DNA of 64,000 nucleotides from Cyanophora paradoxa CCMP329 (Eukaryota; Plantae; Glaucophyta): contig QPMI01000408.1 in NCBI GenBank assembly GCA_004431415.1, positions 62,001 through 126,000 on the forward strand. The letters run 5' to 3'. Made by a program: the position numbers and the translations under genes. Under the pieces are notes generated by a model. That model saw nothing but the letters and a program-made list of their open reading frames with translations, ran no database searches and was not told the DNA's origin. This document shows, piece by piece, positions 19,280-31,179 of this stretch. The stretch's first letter is position 1; each line of letters opens with the position of its first letter.

Positions 19280-20865
19280 CAGCCGGAGCGCGTGGTGTCG
19301 ATGCGGCCGTCAATGCACATGATAGTGCCGATGCCGATCAGCATATCTGCATCCGGGCCGAGAGTTCCGTCCGGCACAACGTGCACGGCACGCGAGACGT
19401 AGACGTCGCCAAAGCGGAGAACTACGTGGGCTATTTCAGCCTCGATCGTCGCGTGGTGCATGAAGGCACGGAGCGTCTTTGTGCCGGTGTAGCGGGTGCC
19501 CTTAGGCATCATCCGCCTCTCGGCCACTTCACCCATTGCGCCAGTATCGAAGATAAACTTGACGCGAATCCAATCGCCTAGCGTGCCGTCGGGGCCGAGG
19601 GCGTACACATACCCATGGCACTGGAGCAGCAGCCGGCGAAAATCATGCGGCAGCCCGTTAATCCCATCGATAACTCGACCAATCGGGACCGGGGCCGGGA
19701 GCTGGCTGGAGTCGGGATCGGAATCCGCGGACTCAGGCTCAGCGAAATCAGTAGGCCGATCAGGGCCGTAGCCGACGAGCTCGTCCGGGGCCGGCGCAGG
19801 GAAACGCAGGTGGGCCTGCTGCGCAGCGCTCGTGGCGTGGAGCGCAGTGGAACGAGCCGCGGGTAGGCCGCCGACGTGCTTGCGGGACGGGCCGTCGGGG
19901 CGGTGCACAGGGACGAAGGCCTTGCGATCCTCATCGAGCTGCATCGCAGCAAGCTCGAGAGGTTGGAGGGCCGTAGCCGTTGTGTACTCGGGGTCGCTGG
20001 CAACCCGCTGAATGCGAGTGCTAGGGGCTGAGCCGTTGACGTAGCCTTGGGCACCGAGGGCCATTGCGTGGCCAATGCAGGCGATGAGCTGCTGCTCATG
20101 TTTCTCGAACGGGCGGATCGAGGGGTCGGAGGCGCTGTGGCGCCGAGCAGCCGCGTTGAGCTCATCCCAGTGCGGGCTGCTGATTGGCTCGCCCAAGACC
20201 GTGAGGTCTTCGCCCGCAAGAGTGGCGATCAGGTTCAGATAAGTGCTCAGCAGCTGCACATTCGGCGGCTGCTTCGCGAGCTCGGCCGCCATCATTGAAC
20301 ACCAGCCCTGCACGCGCTTGTAGTGCCGTGCACCGTCGACGGCGGAGCTGGCGGCCTCAGCGATGAGACGCTGGCGCAAGGGCGGTGGCGGCGCTTGCTG
20401 CGGGCGAGCGCTCGAGCTGGCTGCAGCGGGCCGGAATGACGAGGAGCTGGCCGCCGCCGGCTGGTGCGCCGCGGGCGCGTAAATTTCGTGGCCCCAACCG
20501 TACCCACCGGACCCATACATTTGGGGCTGCAGCGGCGGCGGAGGCTGCTGCCAGGCCGGGGGTTGAGGAGGGGGCGAGGTGTGCGGCATGCGCGAGGCCT
20601 GAGGCTGGCGCGCAGCCTGTGCCTGGCGCGAGGCCTGAGGAGGCTGCGCGGGGGCTGCCTGCGCCGCGCGCTCCGGATGGGTCGTCGGAGCGAGCGCAAA
20701 GCCGCGGCGCAGCGCTTCGGCGCGCGCAAAATTGCGCATGTTGTCCGCCGGCATGAGAACCGGGACGCCGAGGATGCCGAGCTGCTCGCGGAGCTCGTCA
20801 TCGGTCATGTTCACGATCTCCGGGGGCACCGGGCCGAGGCAGTGCCGCATGTGCGCCGGCCCCAC
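19132..20865 (-). CDS. Gypsy ORF containing the aspartic protease
   Basis: FIFDTGA catalytic motif and downstream MLIGI, upstream of RT. Confidence 0.8.
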   Translation of the reverse strand: MGPAHMRHCLGPVPPEIVNMTDDELREQLGILGVPVLMPADNMRNFARAEALRRGFALAPTTHPERAAQAAPAQPPQASRQAQAARQPQASRMPHTSPPPQPPAWQQPPPPLQPQMYGSGGYGWGHEIYAPAAHQPAAASSSSFRPAAASSSARPQQAPPPPLRQRLIAEAASSAVDGARHYKRVQGWCSMMAAELAKQPPNVQLLSTYLNLIATLAGEDLTVLGEPISSPHWDELNAAARRHSASDPSIRPFEKHEQQLIACIGHAMALGAQGYVNGSAPSTRIQRVASDPEYTTATALQPLELAAMQLDEDRKAFVPVHRPDGPSRKHVGGLPAARSTALHATSAAQQAHLRFPAPAPDELVGYGPDRPTDFAEPESADSDPDSSQLPAPVPIGRVIDGINGLPHDFRRLLLQCHGYVYALGPDGTLGDWIRVKFIFDTGAMGEVAERRMMPKGTRYTGTKTLRAFMHHATIEAEIAHVVLRFGDVYVSRAVHVVPDGTLGPDADMLIGIGTIMCIDGRIDTTRSGWCLHARDAHYKPHVIPFRCPGKHKGLCLSGSSALSKLNGIGENAGSAAS

Positions 20866-23800
20866 AGGTGCCTTGCGAGCAGGAGATTGCGAGTCGTCGC
20901 GCGCGCGCTTGTGGCCAGCCGGCGTCGCCTGGCTCAGCGACGGGCTCGGCGACGTGCTCGGCGAGGACCGGAGCGGCGGTCAAGTGGTTGAGCCGCAGGG
21001 TCGGGACAGGCGATGTGGACCCGGCCATGAGCGGCCAGAGAGTTGTGTATATTTCCTGAGTCCAATCGCGGAAAGCATCGCGCACCTGCTGCTGCGCGCA
21101 GGGCGGATGACGAGCGTACTGCTCGTGGTAGCTGTTAGCATTTGTAAAGCCACAGGTCTCGCGAAGGGCTTCCGAGACGCCCAGAGCCGACGTTTCGGCG
21201 GGCAGCAAGCGCTCGAGGAAGCGCATTGGGAGATAAGGCGCGTCGGCCGACTCGGAGGTGGACGCTGTGGTCTCGGAGACCGTGAGGGCGAGCTTCAGGC
21301 GCTGGAGCGTGCCAGAGCCCCAGAGCTGGCGAAGGGCATTCAACAGCGCGGCACGCTTGTCGGTAGCCCCGCCCCACCACACGTCAGTGCCGGGCACCGA
21401 CGGAGGCTGGGGCGCCTGCGGGAGGCGCGGCATAGCCAGCCACAGCAGAGTGCCGAGCGGCACCCAGCAAGCCTGTGCGAGCTCGGCGGAGTCGTCGGCG
21501 CGGGCGACGGCATGGCCCTGATGCGCCTCGACTTTGACGGAAAACAAGGGATTGCCATCTGAGCCCGTGGCGCGCTGACCAACGCGCGCGCCGACAATGG
21601 AGCGCGGGTCAGGCGACATGAGGACTTCGCGGAGGAAGTCGTAGACCGCGGGCACCAGCAGGACATGGTGCGGAATCTCCGCGGCGGTCTTCGGGTCGGA
21701 CGCGACGGAGGCGGCCGGCCGGCGCATCATAATATGCGAGACCATGGCCAGCACAAAGCCGGCAAGGATGCCTGCGAGGCGCTCGCGAACGGGGACGGCT
21801 TCCCACATGTTCGGCGGCGGGTGCGCGGGCTCCGGGGGCGCATTGCGGCCCGGGACATGCTCGTGCTTGCGGGCATTTACATTTTCGCGGCCGAGCGCGT
21901 AAACGCGCTGTGGAAGGCCGGCAAGGCGGCGATCAGTCTCACCGACGGGCGGGGAGTGCATGGCCGTGTGGGTCGGGCCGCTGCACGCCGTCGCCTCCAC
22001 CGAGCCGGTGGGTTGGGCGAGGACCATCTCATGGAAGGTGCGCAAGTTTGTGAAAACATCTTGCGCGTTGCGCGTCAGGGCGGGGTCGCCCGGGACGAGG
22101 GCGCGGAACCCGGCCGCCTTGTTTCTCACGGGGGAGAGGATACCGGAGGCGCGCCCGAAGCGGCCTTCGCGGTATGAGCGCAACTGTGCGTCGAGCCGCT
22201 CGCGATTGAAATGCCCATGCGTAGCGTGCGTACTGATGGCGCAGTGGGTCCCCCGGAAAATGTGAATGAGGATTGAATTGAGGCAGAGGTATGCCGAGAG
22301 CCAAGGGCTAGCATTCTCGCGGGAGGCGCTCGGCTGCGAAGCAAGCCAGCGCATGACGTCGTTGGGGATGCCGGCCATAGTCGGGGCATACAGGGCGCCT
22401 TGCACACTCGCGGCCGACAGCGAGGCAGTTGCAATGGGGCCCTCGATGCCGTAAAGCATCATGCAGGCGGGTATACCGCGGTTGTGACCGGGCAGGTTCG
22501 CGAGAATTGTGGCCACGAGAGTGTGGAAGGCAGAGTAAGCATCATGCCCCTCAGGATGATAGAGGCAGCTAGCTGGCGGCACTGCTCGAGGCGCGGCGTT
22601 CGGGCCGGCCGAGTCTTTGCCGGTGGCAGCGGCAGCATCCGCGACAGCCGTCGCCGCAGTCGGCGGGAGCGTCGGGAAGAATGGGAGCGCGGCCCAGTGA
22701 GACGAGTTGGTGACGACGCTCGCGAGCTGGGGCTCGGGGTCGGCTAGGAGGCGGAGGAAAGCGTTGCTCACCCTCACGCGCTCGTCTTTTGCGTCGTACC
22801 ACGTCCCAGGCTCAGCGACCGGGGCGACCTTGCCCTTTTCCTTGCGGTCGGTAGCTGGCGAGGCGCTCGGGCCGGGGACGGCGTCTGCGAGCGGTGTCTG
22901 CCACTGAATGTGGGGCTCAGACCGCTTGGTGCGCGCGTCGGTGTCACTGCCGGTGTCGCCTTCGGCGGTAACCTCGGCGAGTGACGGGCTGGGGGGCTGC
23001 GGCGCTTCGGCGCCGGCCTCGTCCTCAGTCTGCATGGGTTCCGCGGGCGGTGCCGCGGGTGGCACGGGTGCAGGCGCGCGAAGATCAGCCATTGGTGGCT
23101 CCCAGATGCCAGCATTGGCAAGCATGGCAGCGTAAGAGGGCTGCGCGAGCCAGGAGCGAGAGTCATCATATCCCGCGAGATCCATCACGTTGGGGCACGG
23201 CTCGCGGGCCGACTGCTCAGCCGCGGTATTGAGCTTCGCGGACAGATAGGGCAAGCGCGCTTTATCATAGTATAATTTGACGTCGTCCGGCAACGTCCAG
23301 TGCTCGGGCGCGACGTAGTCAGTGTAGCCGGCCTCGGGCTCGTGCGGCCAGGCACTGACGAGCCAGCGCGCATGCGAAGGCGTCGGGTCGACGACATTGA
23401 GCGAGGGGCCCTTGCCCTTCGTGGCTGGGTCACGGTTCGCGACGTAGTACGGCGGGAGCGCGCGTACGTCCATCTGGTGGCGGTCCAAGAAGAACGTGTC
23501 CCAGTACTCATTGGTCCAGTCGTCGACGTTGGCGGGGAAGCCATGGATAGGCAGAATGCGGCCGTCGCGGAGCGCGTGCAGCTCCCAGGTGGCGACGGCG
23601 CGGCGCAGTGCGGCATAGTTGGCGGGATGCCGATCAGGCATTCGCAACTGCGGCTCGAAGGAATTCCAAACAGGCAGCCGCCCGCGCGCATGCCACTGAT
23701 CGAAGCGGTGCCACGGGGGCTGGTTGAGCTCCTCTTTCAGCCACCGGCGCAGCGTGTGGCCGGCGGGCAGGGTGACGTTGTGCACGTCCGGGTTCTGGTC

Positions 23801-24151
23801 GGGCGTCAGGCCGCTATTTTCCAACCAGGCCTGGACAGCGTCTTCCGCCCAGAGGCGGGACGGAGCATCGCAGAGCTCGCCCTCCATTTCGAAAAGATGG
23901 AGGTCGATGCCCTCGCGGACGAACAAGGCGTGATGCATACGCGCGAGTTCGTCTTCGGGAATGCCCTCTGGCGGGGTGGGGGAGGGGGGCGCCGGAGGCC
24001 TCTCCTTGTCCCGCTGCCCCTCCTCGTCACCCTCACCATTGTCATCGGCGGCGGCGCGCTTGCGGCCTGCACGAGTGGTATATTTGAGCGGGATGGCCGG
24101 CTGACCAGTCGCCTGCTCGAGGGCGCCGCCCTTGCGGGTGGCGGTGCCGGT
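20798..24151 (-). CDS. Gypsy ORF1 (large, in the Gag position), 3' part, split by A2+A3
   Basis: Open frame of >1100 codons; joins in frame to 63913+ (...RRATG|TATRKGG...). Confidence 0.7.
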   Translation of the reverse strand, partial: TGTATRKGGALEQATGQPAIPLKYTTRAGRKRAAADDNGEGDEEGQRDKERPPAPPSPTPPEGIPEDELARMHHALFVREGIDLHLFEMEGELCDAPSRLWAEDAVQAWLENSGLTPDQNPDVHNVTLPAGHTLRRWLKEELNQPPWHRFDQWHARGRLPVWNSFEPQLRMPDRHPANYAALRRAVATWELHALRDGRILPIHGFPANVDDWTNEYWDTFFLDRHQMDVRALPPYYVANRDPATKGKGPSLNVVDPTPSHARWLVSAWPHEPEAGYTDYVAPEHWTLPDDVKLYYDKARLPYLSAKLNTAAEQSAREPCPNVMDLAGYDDSRSWLAQPSYAAMLANAGIWEPPMADLRAPAPVPPAAPPAEPMQTEDEAGAEAPQPPSPSLAEVTAEGDTGSDTDARTKRSEPHIQWQTPLADAVPGPSASPATDRKEKGKVAPVAEPGTWYDAKDERVRVSNAFLRLLADPEPQLASVVTNSSHWAALPFFPTLPPTAATAVADAAAATGKDSAGPNAAPRAVPPASCLYHPEGHDAYSAFHTLVATILANLPGHNRGIPACMMLYGIEGPIATASLSAASVQGALYAPTMAGIPNDVMRWLASQPSASRENASPWLSAYLCLNSILIHIFRGTHCAISTHATHGHFNRERLDAQLRSYREGRFGRASGILSPVRNKAAGFRALVPGDPALTRNAQDVFTNLRTFHEMVLAQPTGSVEATACSGPTHTAMHSPPVGETDRRLAGLPQRVYALGRENVNARKHEHVPGRNAPPEPAHPPPNMWEAVPVRERLAGILAGFVLAMVSHIMMRRPAASVASDPKTAAEIPHHVLLVPAVYDFLREVLMSPDPRSIVGARVGQRATGSDGNPLFSVKVEAHQGHAVARADDSAELAQACWVPLGTLLWLAMPRLPQAPQPPSVPGTDVWWGGATDKRAALLNALRQLWGSGTLQRLKLALTVSETTASTSESADAPYLPMRFLERLLPAETSALGVSEALRETCGFTNANSYHEQYARHPPCAQQQVRDAFRDWTQEIYTTLWPLMAGSTSPVPTLRLNHLTAAPVLAEHVAEPVAEPGDAGWPQARARRLAISCSQGTCGAGAHAALPRPGAPGDREHDR

Positions 24152-24993
24152 AAAAAAATGAGATAGTGGGGGTTCCAGCCCACCCACCTCTTTCTCACCC
24201 TCACTCCTCCAAACCACCCCAACCCACACACTCCAACGCCTTCCAACACACATTCTCTTCCATCCCTTCGTTACGTCTACCACCACAACCTCTCCAAACC
24301 AACCATCCAGCAACCGCTAGGTAGTATCTAACGTCTAGTCCGATCGATTTTGCAAAAGATATAGCAGTGATTTTAGGCGGACCCCAAAGCGCCGGTCTCA
24401 GAATAATCTTCAGATACAGCTAGACGTTAATTTTGTGTACTTTGAATCTAACAGAGAAAACATGTTTAGCTCAATTCTAGACGATATTAATGAGTACAAT
24501 GAAGCTAACAGAGGAAACACGTTTAGCTCAATTCTAGACGTTAATTGTGTGTATTTCGAAATGAGATAGTGGGGGTGCCAGCCCACCCCCCTCTTTCTCA
24601 CCCTCACTCCTCCAAACCCACCCCAACCCACCCACTCCAACGCCTTCCCAACCACCACTTCCGTCCACTCTCTCCTTACGTCTACCACCTTCCTCTCCCT
24701 CTGGTCTACCTCTCCTTCCAAACAGCAACCGCTAGGTAATATCCAACGTCTAGACCGATCGATCTTGCAAAAGATATAGCAATGATTTGAGGCGGACCCC
24801 CAAAGCGCCGGTCTCAGAATCATCTTCAACATCATTTAGACGTTAATTGTGTGTATTTCGAATCTAAAAAACAAAGAGGTTTCAAGGGTTATGCTACACG
24901 TAATTACTATATCATCGGAATCTAATTACATACTCGAGTTCAGGTTCTAGCTAGACGCTAATTATTCCCACCGATGACGTAGTCCAAGTTTAG
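24152..24993 (+). repeat. A2 left terminus with a duplicated TIR unit
   Basis: Two units starting ATGAGATAGTGGGGGT (~24158 and ~24561), separated by ~57-bp repeats containing GTTTAGCTCAATTCTAGACG. Confidence 0.85.
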
Positions 24994-25094
24994 GTTCAGG
25001 TTATAACTATGTCTTAGAGGTTTCAGCAACAATATAAAATGATATAAGAGATCGCGCTGATCAACCGAAATTTATTTCTAGCGACACTTTCAAA

Positions 25095-28000
25095 ATGAAT
25101 CAATTTGCTCGTCGTCGTCAGATAGCGTTATTAAAACAACAGATCGTAGGTCTAGCACAAACTTTGTATGAGCGTAGACGTATTCATGGACTATATCGAA
25201 ACAAATTACTCCGAATCTCATCACCAGGATCTCGAACTCGACTTGTGACGCTGCAACGAACTGTTGATGTGCTTTCAATGCTCGCTGCTGTAGTCGGACA
25301 AACGAGACGTGCCTCAGAGCGAACTGTGCAGATAATCATCGCTGAGAACCAAGCTGAACTGGTAGCACTTTTCAATGAACTCCCTGGACAGCCAAATGAG
25401 GAACTTGCTGGAGATGGTTCACGCGAGACGGCACTAGATGGAATATACGCACTCGAAAGCGCTGCGATCATCAGGCCGAACGGTCTAAGAGTTACATCGC
25501 TCGCGTCGTACATGGCGAACACCCCAGATTTCAAAGCAAAATTTGAGCGTTTCATAACTGAGCGATTGACTGCGGCGAATGAAACACGAATGGGGCTATC
25601 TATAAAGGTATATGCAAAAGGTATTTTTAAGCATAGGCAGAATGGCACAGAAGGTTTTACTAACCGCTTCAAAACAGATGAAATCAGTGAAGATCAATTC
25701 TACCGTATCCTCCCCGGTGCAAACATTGAAGTTGAGCTGCGTGACAGATGTGTTGAGATCGATGGAAGAGCTGAACAGGAGAATGACAGCTGGGAGTTAG
25801 AAACGTGGACGTATTTTTACATACAAAGTCTAGAACATGTCCGCGCCGTTGGTGGCGCATCATTTGAACTTCCATCATGGATTAGCAAGAAGAACGCAGT
25901 CATAAACGTGGAGGCACCAGATAATATGTGTTTTACGTATTCAGTTTTATCCGCAAAGTTCCCAGTCGATCGGCATGCTCAACGTGCTGCCAAGTACAGA
26001 GAGCACCTAAGTACGATCAACACATCAATGCTCAGTTATCCTGTCCCGCTTGATTCAAAGATATTCCGTCGGTTTGAAGAGGCAAACAATCTGAAGCTAT
26101 GCGTGTATGTGGCTGATAATGAAAAGCTAGATATCACTCCATATTATATTTCAGCGGCTCGAGATGCTATTCCTCTGCTATTCGTGACTGGCGAAGGTAG
26201 TTATGGCCACTTCGTTTGGATCAAGAACGTGAGTCGAATGTTTTCTCGTCCTGGAATTGACAAGAACGCACGCAGCTATTGTCTCGCTTGTCAAAAAGGA
26301 TTTCGCGGTGATGATGCTCTTCAGAAACACATCGAAGAAGACAGATGCCTCGAACGAGACGAACATGGCCGTGATGTGCTTCCAAAACCCGACCGTTCAA
26401 CATTGAAATTCCTGAACCATGCGAATACGATAACGGCACGATATGTTGGAGCCTATGATTTTGAAACACTTGCAATGTCTACGAACTCTGTGAAAAATGG
26501 AAAGACAGAGGAAATTGCATGTCAAATACCAGCTGCTGTTGGATGTTTGATCACAGGCAATGATGATACAAAATATTGGCACGTAAATAGCGGACGTAGA
26601 TGTGAGGAGAGGTTTGTTGAATGGCTAGATTCAATGGAACCAACTTTAAAGAAAGGGCTAAATGCATCGGTACAGCGATAAAAACAGATGTTGCAAAGCA
26701 AACGTTTGATTCAGCTACTAGTTGCTATATCTGTAACGTTGAATTCAGCGAGAAGATCAAAAAGGTTTGGGACCACGATCACGATAATGGTGATTTCAAA
26801 GGTGCTGCTTGTCCTGGCTGCAACCGTAGAAGATTCAAATCAAAACGTGTTTTCTTGATTGCTCACAATGCTCGAGGATTTGATTCGCATTTGCTGATCC
26901 GCGCAATTGCAAAGGGAAGTGTTCGTAGACATGCCGCACATATTGAATTTAAGAAAAAGTTGATTGAAAAACTTGGATCAGTCCGAACACGACTTGAGAA
27001 GACATATCAAAATCAAAGCGTGAGGAATGGACGATGAACAAACTGAGCATAAATGCTGAGGAGTATGAGAAACGAGTTCCAGGATTTATCAAGAACCAGC
27101 TTGTTAAAGAAAAAATCAAATTCGAGAGATCTGAGACACCGCTTTCAAATCGTTTCGAAGTGATGTTCCAAAACTCCGAGAAAATGAGTCAAATTGAGTA
27201 CGGCATTTACGTATTCCGCGACAGCATGCAACATCTATCAGCAACGCTCGAAAAGCTAGCGGCATCGCTTCCAGATGAACTGAAAAAGCAAACTCGCGAG
27301 TTATGTCCCGATGCGGAAACGTTTAATTTGATGACAAGAAAGGGCATCTATCCCTACAGCTACGTAAATTCCTGGCAGCGGCTTGCAGACCGTAAGCTAC
27401 CTCCGATAGAGGCGTTTCACAATGACTTGAAAAACGAAAAGTGCAAGCTTGAAGATTATGAGCACGCACAGAAGGTTTGGAAAAAGCTGAAATGTAAGAC
27501 AATGTTAGATTACACGATTGCTTATATGAAACTTGATATAACGTTACTATCAGATGTGTTTCAAGCGTATCGGGAAACATCTCGCGCTACAGATGGCATA
27601 GATCCTGCATATTACATGTCACTACCAGGCTTTAGTTGGGATGCTGCTCTAAAATATACAGGTGGGCAATTACAGCTGTTGCATGAGGGTCAAGAGGATA
27701 TGTTCAGATTCTTCGAGACAGGTATTCGTGGTGGTATTTCAATGGTGTCAAATCGATATGCAAAAGCGAACAATAAGGACATGGTTGATTATGATCCATC
27801 CAAACCATCAGTATATCTGTACTATATAGATGCAAATTCGTTGTATGGATATGCGATGTTAGAGAAACATCCGATTGGAGATTTTAAATGGGTTGATCCA
27901 GAAACCTTTGACCATGATGGTTTCGATTATGACGGTGATATAGGAGCAACGCTTGAAATTGATGCTTACATTCCAGATGAGCTTCACGAGAAATTTAATG

Positions 28001-29135
28001 ATTACCCGATTGCGCCAGTATCAATGATTGTAGATCCAACGATGCTATCTAGATCACAACAGGATATGATTAAAAAGGATTGCATTCAGATGAAGACGCG
28101 AAAGCTTATTCCAAGTCTGCTTCCATTGAAGAAATATGTTGTTGATGGGAGACTACTCAAATTTTACAGAAGTCAAGGTTTTGTGGTGAGTAAAATTCAT
28201 CGTGTTATTACGTACAAGCAGACTGCTTGGATGAAACCGTATGTGGAAAAAAATGCCGAAATGCGTCAGGCCGCAACCTTTGATCATGTGCGAGATCTAT
28301 TCAAACTCAAGACTAATGCATTATACGGCAAAAATATGGAAAACGTGAGAAAGCATTGCGATGCGGAGCTTGTGACTGATAGTGTCAGACTGTCAAAAAT
28401 TGCCGCACAACCAAATTTATTGAAGCAAATTGTCAAATATGATGAGGATCTTGTATTTATCTCTAAGCGGCGTTCACAAGTCAAATTAAACAAACCGATA
28501 TACAGTGGATTCAGTGTTTTGGAAATGTCAAAACTACACATGTTTAAAATGTATTACGAGCAACTAAAACCGCTCTGGGTCCGCGTGTTAAATTGCTTGC
28601 AACGGATACTGACTCGCTAATCCTTAGAATTGAGACAGATGATTTGTACGCTGATCTGAAAAATATAAGTCACCTTTTAGATGTTAGCAAATATCCGGAG
28701 TCACATCGATTCTTTGCAGGAATGTCGGACGAAGAAATTGCCACCATGAAGAAAGAATCGACAGCCCTTGGCAATTTCAAAGATGAGTGCAATGGTAAGC
28801 AAATGGTAGAATTCATCGCGAACAGACCTAAGAGTTATTGGTATCAGATCGACAGTGGTAAGCAAGAGCGTCGATGCAAGGGGATTTCTAAAAGCTTTGC
28901 CGACCAGCTTACACGGGAAAGATATATTGATTGTGTTCTTGGTAAAGTTGTAGATGGACAGAAACTATACTTATCATGTGAAGTGAATGGAATTCGAGGT
29001 ATGCGCTCAAAGAAACATCGTGTTTATGTGCAAGAAACCTCAAAACAGGCACTACATTCGCTAGATACAAAACGCTGGCTTTGCGATAATGGCGTAGAAA
29101 CAATGGCGCTTGGACATTGTCGCACTCGTATTTGA
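25095..29135 (+). pseudogene. Divergent protein-primed PolB, split into four ORFs by frameshifts
   Basis: YDFE, AHNARGFD, YIDANSLYG, KLKTNALYGK and TDTDS across ORFs 25095, 26621, 27034 and 28593. The breaks may be sequencing indels. Confidence 0.88.
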
Positions 29136-29165
29136 AAAAAGAAGTTTGCAGCGAACCTCCAAACA

Positions 29166-29456
29166 TTAGGCTGCTGAAACTACCTCAACCGATTGAGCAC
29201 CAAACTTTTCCAATAAAGTTAGAAGCAATTGTCTTTGCCGACGTCTATAATTACGACATTGTTCCCTTTTACGTTCAATATTTCTTTCCTGATATTCATA
29301 CGTCGCTTGTAGTTTGCGCTTACGAAATTCCTCATCTGAATGATAACGAGCTTTTACCGCTGCTGATCGATTCTTCTTCATCTCTTCTATTACTTCCGGA
29401 GACATAGACTTTGGAGGACGACCACGCTTGCGTGCCAAACAGTTTTCCGCCTCCAT
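29166..29456 (-). CDS. Small basic AT-hook protein
   Basis: RKRGRPPK; resembles 7371-7679. Confidence 0.65.
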   Translation of the reverse strand: MEAENCLARKRGRPPKSMSPEVIEEMKKNRSAAVKARYHSDEEFRKRKLQATYEYQERNIERKREQCRNYRRRQRQLLLTLLEKFGAQSVEVVSAA

Positions 29457-29554
29457 TACAATATCACTTTATTATTAATCATAATCACAATCTTTTTAAG
29501 GCATATTCACGCGATATCCACCAAAAACTTTTTATGTGTGTGACAATTAGAAGA

Positions 29555-30481
29555 ATGTACACGATAACAGCTCCACCGGGTGTCTGGCAAATTGATGTAT
29601 TATTTATTGGTAGGTATCGTCTGTTTGCAGCGGTCGAGATTGCAACCCGTTTCGCTATCGTGCGAAAAATAGAAACATTCAAACAACTTCCAAAAATGAT
29701 CGCGGAGCTACCAGGGATCTGGGGTTTCTCCGCCGACAACGGTTTTAACACAGCAGCAATTCGGGCAATGGCCGAAGAGAACTCGTTGAAAATGCACACT
29801 GATGTTACCAAAGATGACCACATTTCTAAAGGTAACAAACTTGGAATTATTGACAGGTTCGCTAGGACATTGCGAGCACTTATCCGAGCTGACACAGAAG
29901 CACGCGGATCACCACATTTCCTCTCACGCTTGCCTGCGATTTTGAAGGCGTACAATGAAACAGCACACAATGCATTTGGTGAAGAGCGATCACCAACGTG
30001 GATGCGTGAAAAAACACAGGTTGCCGAGCAGCTACATCAAGTTCGACAGCGACAGAACGATATTGAACGAGAGAACACAAATATGCCTAAACCAGGTTCG
30101 GAGGTGCAGATCCTTGAGCCTAAGCCAAGCGTGTTTGCAAAGGGTCTGGCGAAACCAAGCAAAGAGACCTACGTTGTTGCTGGCGTTGATAAGAACCGTG
30201 TTAGGTTAATTACAAAGCAAGGTGTGGAAATTTCTAGACGTGTTAAACCATCCGAGATTCGTGCGCCACAAGAACTACCTGACCAGTCTAAGATTGAAAG
30301 AGCGACTGCTAGATCGAAGCAAGATCGTCAGCTTCGGAGAGAGGGTCTCGTTGAAACGAAAACGTATGCGGGTCAAAACCGGAAGGATCGTGAGTTAAAA
30401 AAACTCGAAATTGCTGCTGAACCATTGCTCAGAGCAGGCGCCAAACCCGCTGGATATTACGCAAAGAGAATTCGAAGGTAG
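29555..30481 (+). CDS. rve integrase (A2)
   Basis: Close homolog of 7663-8565 starting MYTITAPPG, with a different C-terminal tail. Confidence 0.88.
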   Translation: MYTITAPPGVWQIDVLFIGRYRLFAAVEIATRFAIVRKIETFKQLPKMIAELPGIWGFSADNGFNTAAIRAMAEENSLKMHTDVTKDDHISKGNKLGIIDRFARTLRALIRADTEARGSPHFLSRLPAILKAYNETAHNAFGEERSPTWMREKTQVAEQLHQVRQRQNDIERENTNMPKPGSEVQILEPKPSVFAKGLAKPSKETYVVAGVDKNRVRLITKQGVEISRRVKPSEIRAPQELPDQSKIERATARSKQDRQLRREGLVETKTYAGQNRKDRELKKLEIAAEPLLRAGAKPAGYYAKRIRR

Positions 30482-30536
30482 AATCGCGTGAATATGCCTT
30501 AAATATATTGCAATATGTAAAAGTAACGAAAAAGAG

Positions 30537-30785
30537 ATGACCGATATCAACCTTCCGATATACGTTGCCTTTGCAATCCAGCAACACATTGAATATCTTC
30601 TACTGAAACATTGCCGGAGGAGAATCCACCGACCCACCAACCACTATGTCCGTGTTTCCTTTGACAAACGAACCGATAAATGGAAAGCAGAAACCAAAAT
30701 CAATGGTTGCAAGAAGATAATCGGTTATTATGATTCATTCGAAGATGCTTATAAAGATCAAACATCGAAATCACGGTTTAATTGA
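30537..30785 (+). CDS. Small AP2-domain-like protein
   Basis: YVRVSFDKRTDKWKAETKING.KKIIGYYDSFEDAY; occupies the HNH-AP2 slot. Confidence 0.65.
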   Translation: MTDINLPIYVAFAIQQHIEYLLLKHCRRRIHRPTNHYVRVSFDKRTDKWKAETKINGCKKIIGYYDSFEDAYKDQTSKSRFN

Positions 30786-30810
30786 AGGAATAACACCCTT
30801 TATCTTTTTG

Positions 30811-31179
30811 ATGGATATTGAAGATTTAGAAATATGTTGGCCGGGGAGATCACAACTTTCACCATGCCACTGCATCAGCTTCGGCATTTACAAGGGCGCA
30901 AGCTATTTGTGGATTGCCTCAGCTAAACCAGAATATACTAGTTGGTTGCTTAGACAAGATTGGTTGCCGGCTTTCGACCGGGCCGCTTTCTTGCGTGTAA
31001 AAAGCTTGATAGAGCCGAAAAATCTCCAGAAGATTTATCAACAGAGTAGACGCGGTCCACGGTCGCGGCTTCAAATATCAAAACCTGATACGAATGACCC
31101 CATTCAAGGAAAAGACGCATTAAAACTGCTCGACTCGCTCCGGCGTTGTATTCGGCAAAGACGCAATCGAACTCTTTAA
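30811..31179 (+). CDS. FG.YKG-motif small protein (A2 copy)
   Basis: Near-identical to 6304-6672. Confidence 0.5.
   Translation: MDIEDLEICWPGRSQLSPCHCISFGIYKGASYLWIASAKPEYTSWLLRQDWLPAFDRAAFLRVKSLIEPKNLQKIYQQSRRGPRSRLQISKPDTNDPIQGKDALKLLDSLRRCIRQRRNRTL

Noticed and set aside
15668-20865. Programmed frameshifting between the Gypsy ORFs
   Set aside because: No slippery site was confidently identified; indel errors or decay explain the breaks equally well.
13706-24166. Plus-strand ORFs antisense to the Gypsy element
   Set aside because: GC-rich shadow frames with no motifs.
24152-24313. First ~54 aa of the 1171-aa ORF
   Set aside because: This is read-through from the viral TIR; the true upstream part lies at 63913 and beyond.
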